NCBI GenBank assembly: GCA_963737265.1
Contig: CAVTRY010000023.1
Coordinates: 352,001 to 416,000, forward strand
Direction: 5' to 3'
Length of the DNA: 64,000 bases
Origin: an uncultured delta proteobacterium
GTDB lineage: Bacteria; Myxococcota_A; Polyangia; Fen-1088
The translations under genes and the position numbers were made by a program. The notes beneath the pieces were generated by a model that worked only from the letters and a program-made list of their open reading frames with translations, made no database searches and had not been told where the DNA came from. Position 1 is the stretch's first letter; the number at the start of each line of letters is the position of its first letter. Positions 9,761 to 18,013 of this stretch are shown here, one piece after another.

Positions 9761-10216
9761 CTAGGTTGCCGGCGACGACTCTAACGCTTCGGCGTCGGCG
9801 ATGTCCTTGGCTCTACCGCACTCGCGCTTGGCTACGATGAGATCGCGGCGTCCGATGACATGCACCTCGATCCCGTTCAGCTCCGCGGTTGCCCGACGCG
9901 CCCACGCCGCGGCGAAGTCGAGGCCCCGGATGCCCTTGGCCAGATCGATGCGATTGGGAGGCACGCCAATCCACACCACGTCGAGCGGAGGCGCGGCGTT
10001 CAAATGGTCGATGGCGATAGCAGGCGCGCCAAAATCGGCAAGAGCGCGGAACGCACGCTCCATGTTTTCAGGCGAATCGTCGAGCCACAGATCCATGTGC
10101 CGGGTCGTGCGCGGCTGACCGTGATACTCGACCGCGAATGCGCCGACCAGGAGATAGCGGACATCGACCCCGGCGAACGTCCGCAACAGCTTCATGAAGT
10201 CTTTGTTGATTTCCAA
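9761..10216 (-). CDS. minimal nucleotidyltransferase-fold protein
   Basis: RYLLVGAFAV..HGQPRTTRHMDLW, LIVAK..GRAKDIAD; TTG start preceded by GGAGG. Confidence 0.75.
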   Translation of the reverse strand: MEINKDFMKLLRTFAGVDVRYLLVGAFAVEYHGQPRTTRHMDLWLDDSPENMERAFRALADFGAPAIAIDHLNAAPPLDVVWIGVPPNRIDLAKGIRGLDFAAAWARRATAELNGIEVHVIGRRDLIVAKRECGRAKDIADAEALESSPAT

Positions 10217-10423
10217 CGTAGCCTCCTTCCGGTGATGGACCGACAGCCCATCGAAACGCGGCTGCCAGGCATTGGCCGGCAAATTGGATCTGCAATGGAA
10301 GATTTCCGTGCAGCGAACAGCGAAGGACAGTCGTTTCCAGCGAAACACGCCTGGCATTCACCTCGATTGAATCCGGCACGCCAGCAGTCTAGCGCGTTTG
10401 CCGGCGCGCCCATAGCAGACGTT

Positions 10424-11218
10424 TTAGGACGCGGCGAGGTCTGCGTCATGCAGGAGGGATTTGATTTCCTTCTTGGTGAGCTCGCGAAATCCGCCCATTT
10501 TCAGGCCTTCAAAACTGATTTCGCCAAGGCGGACGCGGGAAATCTTAAGCACGGTGTGCCGGATGGTTTCACCGGCCGCCTTCAGCACGCGCGGACGGCT
10601 CTCGGCCACGATCATCTCGACCCACGTGTTCTTGCCGGTAGTGGCAATGGCCTCGACCCTGGTGGGTTTGACTGGCCGGCCGTCCCAGCGCCAGCCGCGC
10701 AGCAGCCGCGCGACCTCGTCGTCGCCCACCTTGCCTTGGAATTTTAGGTGGTACGTCATGGGCACGTGCCCGCCGCCGCGAGACATGCGAGCGGAAAGCG
10801 CCCCGTCGGTAGTCAGCAAGACCACGCCTTCGGCCAGAAAATCGAGCGGCGCTACCACCTGCCACCCGACCTCCACGTCGGGAATGAATTTCGCCAGCGT
10901 TCCGCGCTCTTTTTCGCGAACCTTTCCCCGCTTCTTGGCAGCGGGCTTATCGCGTTCACCGTCCTCATCAGGCAACGGCGCCGCCAGCGTGGCCAGACAG
11001 CCGCGCGGTTTGAGCAACACACGATACTGCGGCGGTTCGGGCCGCACGCGCCGGCCTCGGACTTCGACGCGATCGTCGTGCGGATCGACCTGCAGGCCGA
11101 GCTCGGTCACGACCTGGCCGCCCACCTTCACCTCGCCGGCGCGAATCATGTCTTCGGCGCGCCTGCGCGAAGCGATTCCCGCCTGGGCTAGCAGTTTCTG
11201 CAGTCGGACCTTGGCCAC
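10424..11218 (-). CDS. rluB: RsuA/RluB-family pseudouridine synthase (divergent active-site motif)
   Basis: S4 domain RLQKLLAQAGIASRRRAE, KPRG, APLDFLAEGVVLLTTDG; follows scpB as in the conserved synteny. Confidence 0.8.
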   Translation of the reverse strand: MAKVRLQKLLAQAGIASRRRAEDMIRAGEVKVGGQVVTELGLQVDPHDDRVEVRGRRVRPEPPQYRVLLKPRGCLATLAAPLPDEDGERDKPAAKKRGKVREKERGTLAKFIPDVEVGWQVVAPLDFLAEGVVLLTTDGALSARMSRGGGHVPMTYHLKFQGKVGDDEVARLLRGWRWDGRPVKPTRVEAIATTGKNTWVEMIVAESRPRVLKAAGETIRHTVLKISRVRLGEISFEGLKMGGFRELTKKEIKSLLHDADLAAS

Positions 11219-11229
11219 GTTGGGTTTTC

Positions 11230-12498
11230 CTATTCTGCGACGGTCGGGGCGGATTCTGGGGCCGGCTCTTGCTCGGCCGGTGGCTTGGATTCTTCGACGA
11301 CGGGCTCGTCTGCCTCGCCCAGCACCTGCTTGGCGAGCTTGGAAGCCTGATCCAGCTCGTCGAGCAAGGGGTCGCTGTCATCGGGCTCGGACGGCATGTC
11401 GGCCCGCGCAACCGAATGCAGCGCCACATCGGGTTTGGGCGTCGTCGCACTCGGCGTTGGGGCTTCGGACGCGGCGCCGTGCTCGGAATCGACGCGCGAC
11501 TGATCTTCGGACGACAGATCGTAGAACTCACGCAGCGTCGGCAACTCGGAAAGATCGGGCAGGTTGAAGACGCGCAGGAACTCGGGCGTGGTGCCGTAAA
11601 GCATGGGCCGGCCCACTTCTTCCTTCTTGCCGATGATGCGCACGAGACCGCGTTCGAGCAACGTCTTGAGCACCGGGCCGCAATCGACGCCGCGAATGTT
11701 GTCGACCTCGGGCCGGGTGACCGGTTGGCGATAGGCGACGATAGCCAGGGTTTCCAGCATGGCGCGCGACAGACGCAAGGGCCGGCCCACCAGCAGCTTC
11801 GACACCCAGTTCGCGTTTTCAGAGTTGGTGCGCAGATGCCAACCGGACGAGAGAGTCGACACCTCGATGCCGGATCCCTTGCGACGTTCAGCGAGCGATT
11901 GCACCGCCGCAGTCACTTTCTTGCCGTCGCGCTCGCCCAGCAAACGCTTGAGCTCGGCGAGCCCGAGCGCCTTGTCCGAGGCAAACAGCAAACTTTCGAT
12001 GATGGACTCGATGCGCGAGGCTTCGATCGTCGCATCCCCGGTCGCATCGCCCGCAACATTGCCCGTCGCCTCGCCTACAACATCTCCCAGCGTCTCGCCC
12101 GCAACATCGCCCGTCACTTCGCCTACAACATCCCCCGACCTCTCGCCCGCAGCCGCACTCGCCGCATCGCCGGTCGCCTCGTCTTCGGCTGCGTTGGCGG
12201 TCTCCGACCATTCCACCTCGCCCGCCACCTCTTCGACTGCCATTGTCGCTTCGGTAACCTCGGTCGCCACGACGCTTGCCGATTCCGGAATTGCGGGTGC
12301 GCTGGACGTATCCACGGCCACCTCGTCGGGCAGCGCAGCGACTGCGGCTTGCGCCTCCTCCGCGATAGGCGGCACTTCAACAGCCGATGGTTCTGGCTCC
12401 GCCGCGGTCGGCGCAGCAGTTGCCGCCGATTCGGTTGCCGGTACCTCGGTGACCTCTTCACTCTGCGGTTTGTTTTTGCTCTTCTTGCGCTTGGCCAT
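11230..12498 (-). CDS. scpB: SMC-Scp complex subunit ScpB with long acidic extensions
   Basis: IESLLFAS, LSRAMLETLAIVAYRQPVTR, IRGVD, GRPMLYGTT, LSELP. Confidence 0.93.
   Translation of the reverse strand: MAKRKKSKNKPQSEEVTEVPATESAATAAPTAAEPEPSAVEVPPIAEEAQAAVAALPDEVAVDTSSAPAIPESASVVATEVTEATMAVEEVAGEVEWSETANAAEDEATGDAASAAAGERSGDVVGEVTGDVAGETLGDVVGEATGNVAGDATGDATIEASRIESIIESLLFASDKALGLAELKRLLGERDGKKVTAAVQSLAERRKGSGIEVSTLSSGWHLRTNSENANWVSKLLVGRPLRLSRAMLETLAIVAYRQPVTRPEVDNIRGVDCGPVLKTLLERGLVRIIGKKEEVGRPMLYGTTPEFLRVFNLPDLSELPTLREFYDLSSEDQSRVDSEHGAASEAPTPSATTPKPDVALHSVARADMPSEPDDSDPLLDELDQASKLAKQVLGEADEPVVEESKPPAEQEPAPESAPTVAE
12028..12135 (-). repeat. degenerate 12-nt repeat (G-D/E-x-x, 9 copies) in the scpB N-terminal extension
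   Basis: GDVV GEVT GDVA GETL GDVV GEAT GNVA GDAT GDAT. Confidence 0.7.
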
Positions 12499-13594
12499 CG
12501 GTGACTTCCTCGCCGACTTCCTCGCCGACTTCCTCGCCCGGTGCGGCAGAGGCTGGGAAAGACGGGGAGATTACATCTTCTGAAGGATGAAGTTCGACAG
12601 GATCGGTGGGCGTGGTTTCACTTGATGCGGTCGCCGACGCTCCGGCCGCCGCGGGCTCCGCGGCCTCGATTTCGCTCGCCGCCCCGGCCTCGACCGGTTC
12701 GCCGGTCGCGCCTTCGAAGCCCGCCGCCGGTTCGGATTCGTTGGCTGAGGTAACGGTGAGATTGCGCGCTTCCGCCAGGCCGGTACCCTCCACTTGCGCC
12801 AAGAAGAACGTCCCCGTTGCTTCTTCCTGCATGACCCGAATCACGCGCAATCGCGCCAGCTCCAGCACTGCCAGCAGCGACACGACAACCTTGTGGCGAA
12901 GCTCCGCCTCGGGGAGATCTGCGCCGAGAAGGTCCTCGAACCGTACCATGCCCTTCCCTGCTTCCAGCAGGTCCACGATCTGGTTGATGCGATCGGAAAT
13001 CGAAACGCGGTCGACCACCACGTCGTGGGTGTACTGGGGCTTGGCCTTCTCCAGCACCTGCGCCCAGTGCTCGAGCAGCTTCCACACCGAATGCTCGGCG
13101 AGGCCGGCCTCGCCCGCGCTTTCGAGGGGAACGCCGCGCACGAAAACGTTGCGGCCCTCGATGGGACGATTGCCGAGATTTTCGGCCGCGTGCTTGTATT
13201 TCTGGTACTCGAGCAGGCGCCGAATCAGCTCTTCGCGCGGATCGATGGGGTCTTCGCCGTCCTCGCTGGCTTCGAGCGGCTCGGGCGAGGGCACAAGCTC
13301 GCGCGACTTCAGATAGGCGAGGTGCGCGGCCATCACGAGGTAGTCGGCCGCGACTTCGACCGACATGTTCTGCATCACCTCCAGGTATTCGATGTACTTC
13401 TCGGCGACGAATGCGATGGAGATGTTGAGGATGTCGATCTCGTGCGTTTGGCACAGGTGCAACAGGAGATCGAGCGGCCCTTCGAATTCGGGCAAGGTCA
13501 CGCGGTAGGTGGTATCGCCCGTGGCATCGGCCGGCGCCGCGACCGGCATCGGGTTGGGGCCGGAAGAGCCCACGGTCGGAGGCCTGTCGGTCAT
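12458..13594 (-). CDS. scpA: segregation/condensation protein ScpA
   Basis: FEGPLDLLLHL, AADYLVMAA, DPREELIRRLLEYQKYK, LAVLEL; ATGA overlap with the upstream protease. Confidence 0.93.
   Translation of the reverse strand: MTDRPPTVGSSGPNPMPVAAPADATGDTTYRVTLPEFEGPLDLLLHLCQTHEIDILNISIAFVAEKYIEYLEVMQNMSVEVAADYLVMAAHLAYLKSRELVPSPEPLEASEDGEDPIDPREELIRRLLEYQKYKHAAENLGNRPIEGRNVFVRGVPLESAGEAGLAEHSVWKLLEHWAQVLEKAKPQYTHDVVVDRVSISDRINQIVDLLEAGKGMVRFEDLLGADLPEAELRHKVVVSLLAVLELARLRVIRVMQEEATGTFFLAQVEGTGLAEARNLTVTSANESEPAAGFEGATGEPVEAGAASEIEAAEPAAAGASATASSETTPTDPVELHPSEDVISPSFPASAAPGEEVGEEVGEEVTDGQAQEEQKQTAE
12503..12538 (-). repeat. perfect 12-nt repeat, 3 copies (GEEV), at the scpA 3' end just before the scpB start
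   Basis: gacttcctcgcc x3. Confidence 0.85.
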
Positions 13595-14304
13595 GAGCCC
13601 ATCGCCATGCCGAGGCCCGCCACCCAGTAGGACGTGATGAGATCGATGGGATAGCCGATCACGCCCATGAGCGGCAGACCCAGCGAGGGACTGATCACGA
13701 GAAAAAGCAAGATGAAGCTGCCGTAGCGTGCGAGAAAGTCGACCACGTTGTGCATGGATCGCGGCAGCAGCCAGGCCAGCACCGCGCCGCCGTCGAGCGG
13801 CGGAATGGGCAGAAGGTTGAACACCATCAGGGAAAGGTTCAGGCGCACGAGATAGTGGAAAACCGTGCTGATGAGATGGTCGGGCGCATGAAGGCGAGCG
13901 GCGACGACGATTCCTAGGGAAACCACGAACGCCATGACCAGGTTCATGAATGGACCGGCGATCGACACCATCATGCGCCCGGTGCTCATGGAAAAGCGGC
14001 GCGTGTAAGCCGCTGGATTGGTTTGCACCGGCCGGCCCCAGGCCAGGAGCGGCAACGACGCGGACGCAGACAGCGCCATCAGGATCGGCATCAGGATGGT
14101 TCCGATGGGATCGATGTGGTGCTGCGGCGACAACGTCACCCGCCCCTGCGAGCGCGGCGTGGGGTCGCCGAGGCGGTTCGCCACCCAGGCATGCCCGAAT
14201 TCGTGGACAGTAATGCTCAGGATGAACGCGATGAGGTAAAGAATCGCGTGCTGGATTTGATCGGCTCCGATATTCAACGCATCTCTCCGCGGCGCCGCCG
14301 CCAT
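13591..14304 (-). CDS. site-2 protease (M50) family membrane metalloprotease
   Basis: HEFGH, AGPFMN, NLLPIPPLDG motifs and TM segments. Confidence 0.92.
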   Translation of the reverse strand: MAAAPRRDALNIGADQIQHAILYLIAFILSITVHEFGHAWVANRLGDPTPRSQGRVTLSPQHHIDPIGTILMPILMALSASASLPLLAWGRPVQTNPAAYTRRFSMSTGRMMVSIAGPFMNLVMAFVVSLGIVVAARLHAPDHLISTVFHYLVRLNLSLMVFNLLPIPPLDGGAVLAWLLPRSMHNVVDFLARYGSFILLFLVISPSLGLPLMGVIGYPIDLITSYWVAGLGMAMGS

Positions 14305-14344
14305 GCCGGGTATAGCCGACGTACTCCGGCACGGTCAACGTCGA

Positions 14345-15259
14345 CTACGCCCGGGGGTGGAACTTGTCATAGACACTGCGCAAATGGGCGCGCGACAGGT
14401 GGGTATAAATCTCGGTGGTCCCGATGTCGACGTGACCCAGCATGGCTTGCACGGATCGCAAGTCGGCGCCGCGCTCGACCAAGTGGGTGGCGAAGGAATG
14501 GCGCAGCTTGTGCGGCGAGAGCCGCCTGCGAATACCGGCGGCGCGCGCATGGGCGGCCAAAATTTTCCAAAATCCCTGCCGGGTCATGCGCCGGCCGAAC
14601 CGCGTCAGAAACACTGAAGACGTGTCCATCGTCGAAGTCAAGCATTCGCGGAGGAAGCTCGGGCGCGCGGTTTCGATGTAGGATCGCAGCAACACGACCG
14701 CGGCTTCACCGAGGGGGACGATCCTTTGCTTCTTGCCTTTGCCGAATGCCACGAGATAGCCGGCCTCCAGGTTCATATCGCCGAGGCGCAGCTTGACCAG
14801 CTCGGAAACGCGCAGGCCGGTGGCGTAGAGGGTTTCGAGCATGGCCGAGTCGCGCATCCCGCGCGGCGAGGTCCTATCGGGCGCGGCCAGCAAGCGATCC
14901 ACCTCTTCCAGGGTCAGAAACGACGGCAGCTTGCGCCCGAAGTGAGGCAGGTCGACCTCGTCGGTGGGGTTGGTTTCACAGATGCGCTCGACGCGCAGAA
15001 ACCTGAAAAACTGCCGCTGCGCAACCAAGGCGCGCGCTTGCGAACGCGCGGACATCTTCTGTGCGGTAAGCGCCGCCAAGTAGTCGAGCACGTCGACCGG
15101 CCGCACGACGCCGACGTCGCCGACCCCGCGGCCAAGCAAGAACTTCGCGAACGCGCCGAGGTCGTGGCCGTAGGCTTCCACCGTCGCGACCGACAGCTCG
15201 CGCTCGACCCGCACGTGGTCGAGAAACTGCTGAATTGCTAGATCGACGGGCGACCCCAT
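14345..15259 (-). CDS. xerD: site-specific tyrosine recombinase XerD
   Basis: LYATGLRVSEL, GKGKKQR, MTRQGFW, HKLRHSFATH, MLGH, TTEIYTH, HPRA end. Confidence 0.93.
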   Translation of the reverse strand: MGSPVDLAIQQFLDHVRVERELSVATVEAYGHDLGAFAKFLLGRGVGDVGVVRPVDVLDYLAALTAQKMSARSQARALVAQRQFFRFLRVERICETNPTDEVDLPHFGRKLPSFLTLEEVDRLLAAPDRTSPRGMRDSAMLETLYATGLRVSELVKLRLGDMNLEAGYLVAFGKGKKQRIVPLGEAAVVLLRSYIETARPSFLRECLTSTMDTSSVFLTRFGRRMTRQGFWKILAAHARAAGIRRRLSPHKLRHSFATHLVERGADLRSVQAMLGHVDIGTTEIYTHLSRAHLRSVYDKFHPRA

Positions 15260-15330
15260 GAGGCAGATCGTCCGGCCGCCTGGTCGCGCATGCAAGTTTT
15301 CGCATGCGCCGGCACGTCCGCGGCGCGGCC

Positions 15331-15436
15331 GTGGTGCGCGACCTCGGCCCGCGCGACCCATGCTACTTCTCCCCGCTGACTGTCGCGCGGCGAATGGGAG
15401 GTGGTGCGCGACCTCGGCCCGCGCGACCCATGCTAC
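15331..15436 (+). repeat. two identical 36-bp direct repeats (15331-15366, 15401-15436) separated by 34 bp
   Basis: GTGGTGCGCGACCTCGGCCCGCGCGACCCATGCTAC occurs twice. Confidence 0.9.
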
Positions 15437-15445
15437 CCTTGGCCC

Positions 15446-16213
15446 ATGAAGCTGCGCATCGGGGATAGTGCCCTCGCCTATGATTCGTACGGAAATGGCA
15501 AGCCTCTCGTGCTTCTGCACGCCTTTCCTCTCGACGGGCGCATGTGGCGGCAAACGGCCCAGGCCCTGTCCGGTCGGTGCCGCGTGATTGTCCCCGACAT
15601 GCGCGGCTTTGGTGAGTCGGATCTTGGTCAAGGCGGTCATTCCATCGCCGACATGGCCGACGACATCGCGGCCATGCTGAATTCGCTCAGCATCCCGCGT
15701 GCGACAGTGGGAGGACTGTCGATGGGCGGCTATGTGGCGCTGGCCTTCGCAGCGCGCTACCCGGCGCGCTTGGAACGCCTGATCCTCGCCGACACCCGCG
15801 CCGCTGCGGATTCAGACGCAGCTCGCATCGGCCGGGCCGAGGCGCTGGCGCTGGTGGAAAGCGCGGGGGTTGCTGCCTTCGTGGAACGTCAGCTCGGTGC
15901 CTTGCTTTCGCCCGCGGCGAGCGAGGCCATTCGCGGCGAGGCGCGCAGCCTCTGCAATCAGACACCGGAGGCCGTGTGTGCCGGAATTCGGGCTCTGCGC
16001 GACAGGCCCGATCGCCAAGCCGATCTTGCCGCCATCACCTGTCCGACTTTGGTAATCGTCGGGAAAGAGGATAGGATTTCTCCACCTGCGGAAATGGCCG
16101 GAATCGCATCGGCCATTCCCGGCGCATATTTGATAGAAATCGCCGGCGCGGGACACCTAAGCAACCTGGAGAGTCCGGCCGCCTTCGTCGCGGCCATCGA
16201 AAACTTCATCTAA
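15446..16213 (+). CDS. alpha/beta hydrolase (PcaD/MenH-like)
   Basis: LLHAFP, GLSMGG nucleophile elbow, GKEDRI, AGHLSNLE. Confidence 0.9.
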   Translation: MKLRIGDSALAYDSYGNGKPLVLLHAFPLDGRMWRQTAQALSGRCRVIVPDMRGFGESDLGQGGHSIADMADDIAAMLNSLSIPRATVGGLSMGGYVALAFAARYPARLERLILADTRAAADSDAARIGRAEALALVESAGVAAFVERQLGALLSPAASEAIRGEARSLCNQTPEAVCAGIRALRDRPDRQADLAAITCPTLVIVGKEDRISPPAEMAGIASAIPGAYLIEIAGAGHLSNLESPAAFVAAIENFI

Positions 16214-16226
16214 CAGGCAGGAAATC

Positions 16227-16964
16227 ATGTCGCGTACCCCAGTCCTCGGCTCTTTGGCTACCTTCCTCGTGCTCGTGCAGGCGGCCTGCACCTCCAGTCC
16301 CTCCTCGGCGGCGGTGGCGACCGTGGTCACCGACACCCTGGGCAAGAAATTCTCGGTGTCGTGCTCGACTTCCTATTGTTCCCTGACATCCCAGGATCCC
16401 AACATCACCCCGTTGTCATGCGAGTACGCCTACGGATCCGATGCCTTTATCCTGGTTCCTGGAAGCATCCTGACCGTCATGGCATTGCAGATTACGCAAT
16501 CGGGGGACATCCCCCTCAACAACGCGGATCCCGCGCACCCAGTGGCGTGCTCGACCGACGCTGCCTGTTTGTCGCCTGGCTACACCGTGACTGTTGGTAG
16601 TGCCACCATGCCCTACTCCTGCCTGGATGGGATCTGCCAACTGCCTGGCCAAGCGCTGCTGACCAGCGACGTGATTGCCCTTTGCCAATATGACATCGAC
16701 TGGCCAAAATCATGCCCGTACATCACTAATCCAAAATTCGCCGCCCGCCTGGAAGAGGTGTCGGCAAGCTGCGGTTCAAACACCAACTGCGCGACGGTTC
16801 CCGCGGATTGTCTCCAGCCTAACGCCCCACTGGATGGAGGAACGCTGGATGCCGGTGGTGGGGCTCCCGAAGCGGGCGGAAGTGCCCTCGACGCTGGCGC
16901 GACTTCCCTCGACGCGGGCGGGGCAATTCTCGACGCCGGTGGGACTTCCGTCCACGCGCTGTAG
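16227..16964 (+). CDS. Cys-rich putative lipoprotein with C-terminal LDAG repeats
   Basis: Lipobox-like QAAC, more than 10 Cys, 7-aa LDAGxxx repeats at ~16830-16946. Confidence 0.75.
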   Translation: MSRTPVLGSLATFLVLVQAACTSSPSSAAVATVVTDTLGKKFSVSCSTSYCSLTSQDPNITPLSCEYAYGSDAFILVPGSILTVMALQITQSGDIPLNNADPAHPVACSTDAACLSPGYTVTVGSATMPYSCLDGICQLPGQALLTSDVIALCQYDIDWPKSCPYITNPKFAARLEEVSASCGSNTNCATVPADCLQPNAPLDGGTLDAGGGAPEAGGSALDAGATSLDAGGAILDAGGTSVHAL

Positions 16965-17025
16965 GATCGAATAATCGGGGTATCACGCCTGGACAGTAAG
17001 GTATGGGGGGTTACACTTGTAGACA

Positions 17026-17997
17026 ATGTTGTTCCCGCCGGTAGCGAGGGGCTGGTTCGGGCCTGGTTTCACCGAGAACGAGCTCGCGCCGGGGCGAGGA
17101 CGCATCCAAGTGCGCCGGTTTGCGGGTCCCGAGGCGTATGTGCGGAAAATGAACCCCGTCCGCCTGGCGCACCTGACCGATCTTCACGTCGGCCGGGTGA
17201 CGCCTTTCGCGATCCAACGCAAGGCGATCGCCCTTGTCAACGCAGAGCAGCCAGACTTGGTGGTGATCACGGGTGACTTCGTGTGCCACAGCCAACTCTA
17301 TCTCGACCAGCTAACCCAATTGATGAGCGGATTTTGCGCGCCGGTGATCGCGGTGCTGGGCAATCACGATCATTGGGCTGGCGCCGACGAGGTTGGCCTG
17401 GCCTTGCAGCGGGCCGGCGTCGAGGTGCTGCGCAACCAGAACACCACGATCACCGTCGCCGGCCAAGCTATTCAAATCGTCGGTCTCGACGATGCCTACA
17501 CCGGCCACGCCCGCCGCGACCAAGCGGTGGCAGGGCTGCGCCACGATCTCCCGACGCTGGCGCTGTCTCACATCGCCGAGGAGGCCGATTTGCTCTGGCC
17601 ACACGGGATACCGCTCGTGTTGTCGGGTCACACCCACGGCGGACAAATCACGCTAGCGCGTCTGAACGAAATCACGCTGGGCAAGATTGGCGGGCACAAG
17701 TATTTGCACGGTCTTTACGGATCGAGGCAGGCCAACGACAACGCGGGCGCGGTCTACGTCGGCGCGGGTATCGGCGCGGCGGTGATGCCGCTGCGCTTCG
17801 GCGAGCGGGGAAAACGCGAGGTCACGATTTTCGAGCTCGGCGTTTCACCGGGCCGCTTCGACGAGCCCCACGAGGAACAGCGCCCAATGTCGGGACGCGC
17901 GGTCTCTTCCGCTAAACTCAAGCGCCGCATCGCCAAGGTAGCGCGCAACCGCCAGCGGCGCGCGGTTCGGAAGACCATGCAAATGCCGACGGTCTGA
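17026..17997 (+). CDS. calcineurin-like metallophosphoesterase (YkuE/YaeI-like)
   Basis: DLH, GDFV, GNHD, SH, GHTHGGQ motifs; TGGACA-16-TACACT lies just upstream of ATG 17026. Confidence 0.9.
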   Translation: MLFPPVARGWFGPGFTENELAPGRGRIQVRRFAGPEAYVRKMNPVRLAHLTDLHVGRVTPFAIQRKAIALVNAEQPDLVVITGDFVCHSQLYLDQLTQLMSGFCAPVIAVLGNHDHWAGADEVGLALQRAGVEVLRNQNTTITVAGQAIQIVGLDDAYTGHARRDQAVAGLRHDLPTLALSHIAEEADLLWPHGIPLVLSGHTHGGQITLARLNEITLGKIGGHKYLHGLYGSRQANDNAGAVYVGAGIGAAVMPLRFGERGKREVTIFELGVSPGRFDEPHEEQRPMSGRAVSSAKLKRRIAKVARNRQRRAVRKTMQMPTV

Positions 17998-18013
17998 CAA
18001 CCGAGCCGTCGAC

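Noticed and set aside
13595-14338. Long N-terminal extensions of ORF-track calls (scpA 14338, xerD 15640, pilN 7160, greA 33327, HEAT 29235, MTase 46829)
   Set aside because: They overlap neighbouring real genes; internal starts with coupling or family-typical N-termini fit better.
14345-15259. xerD as a prophage or island integrase
   Set aside because: Typical XerD motifs in the conserved xerD/site-2 protease/scpAB context; no att sites or phage genes.
15331-15436. Calling the 36-bp repeat pair a CRISPR array
   Set aside because: Only two repeats, no cas genes or AT-rich leader, and the repeat end doubles as a -10 element; kept as a repeat only.
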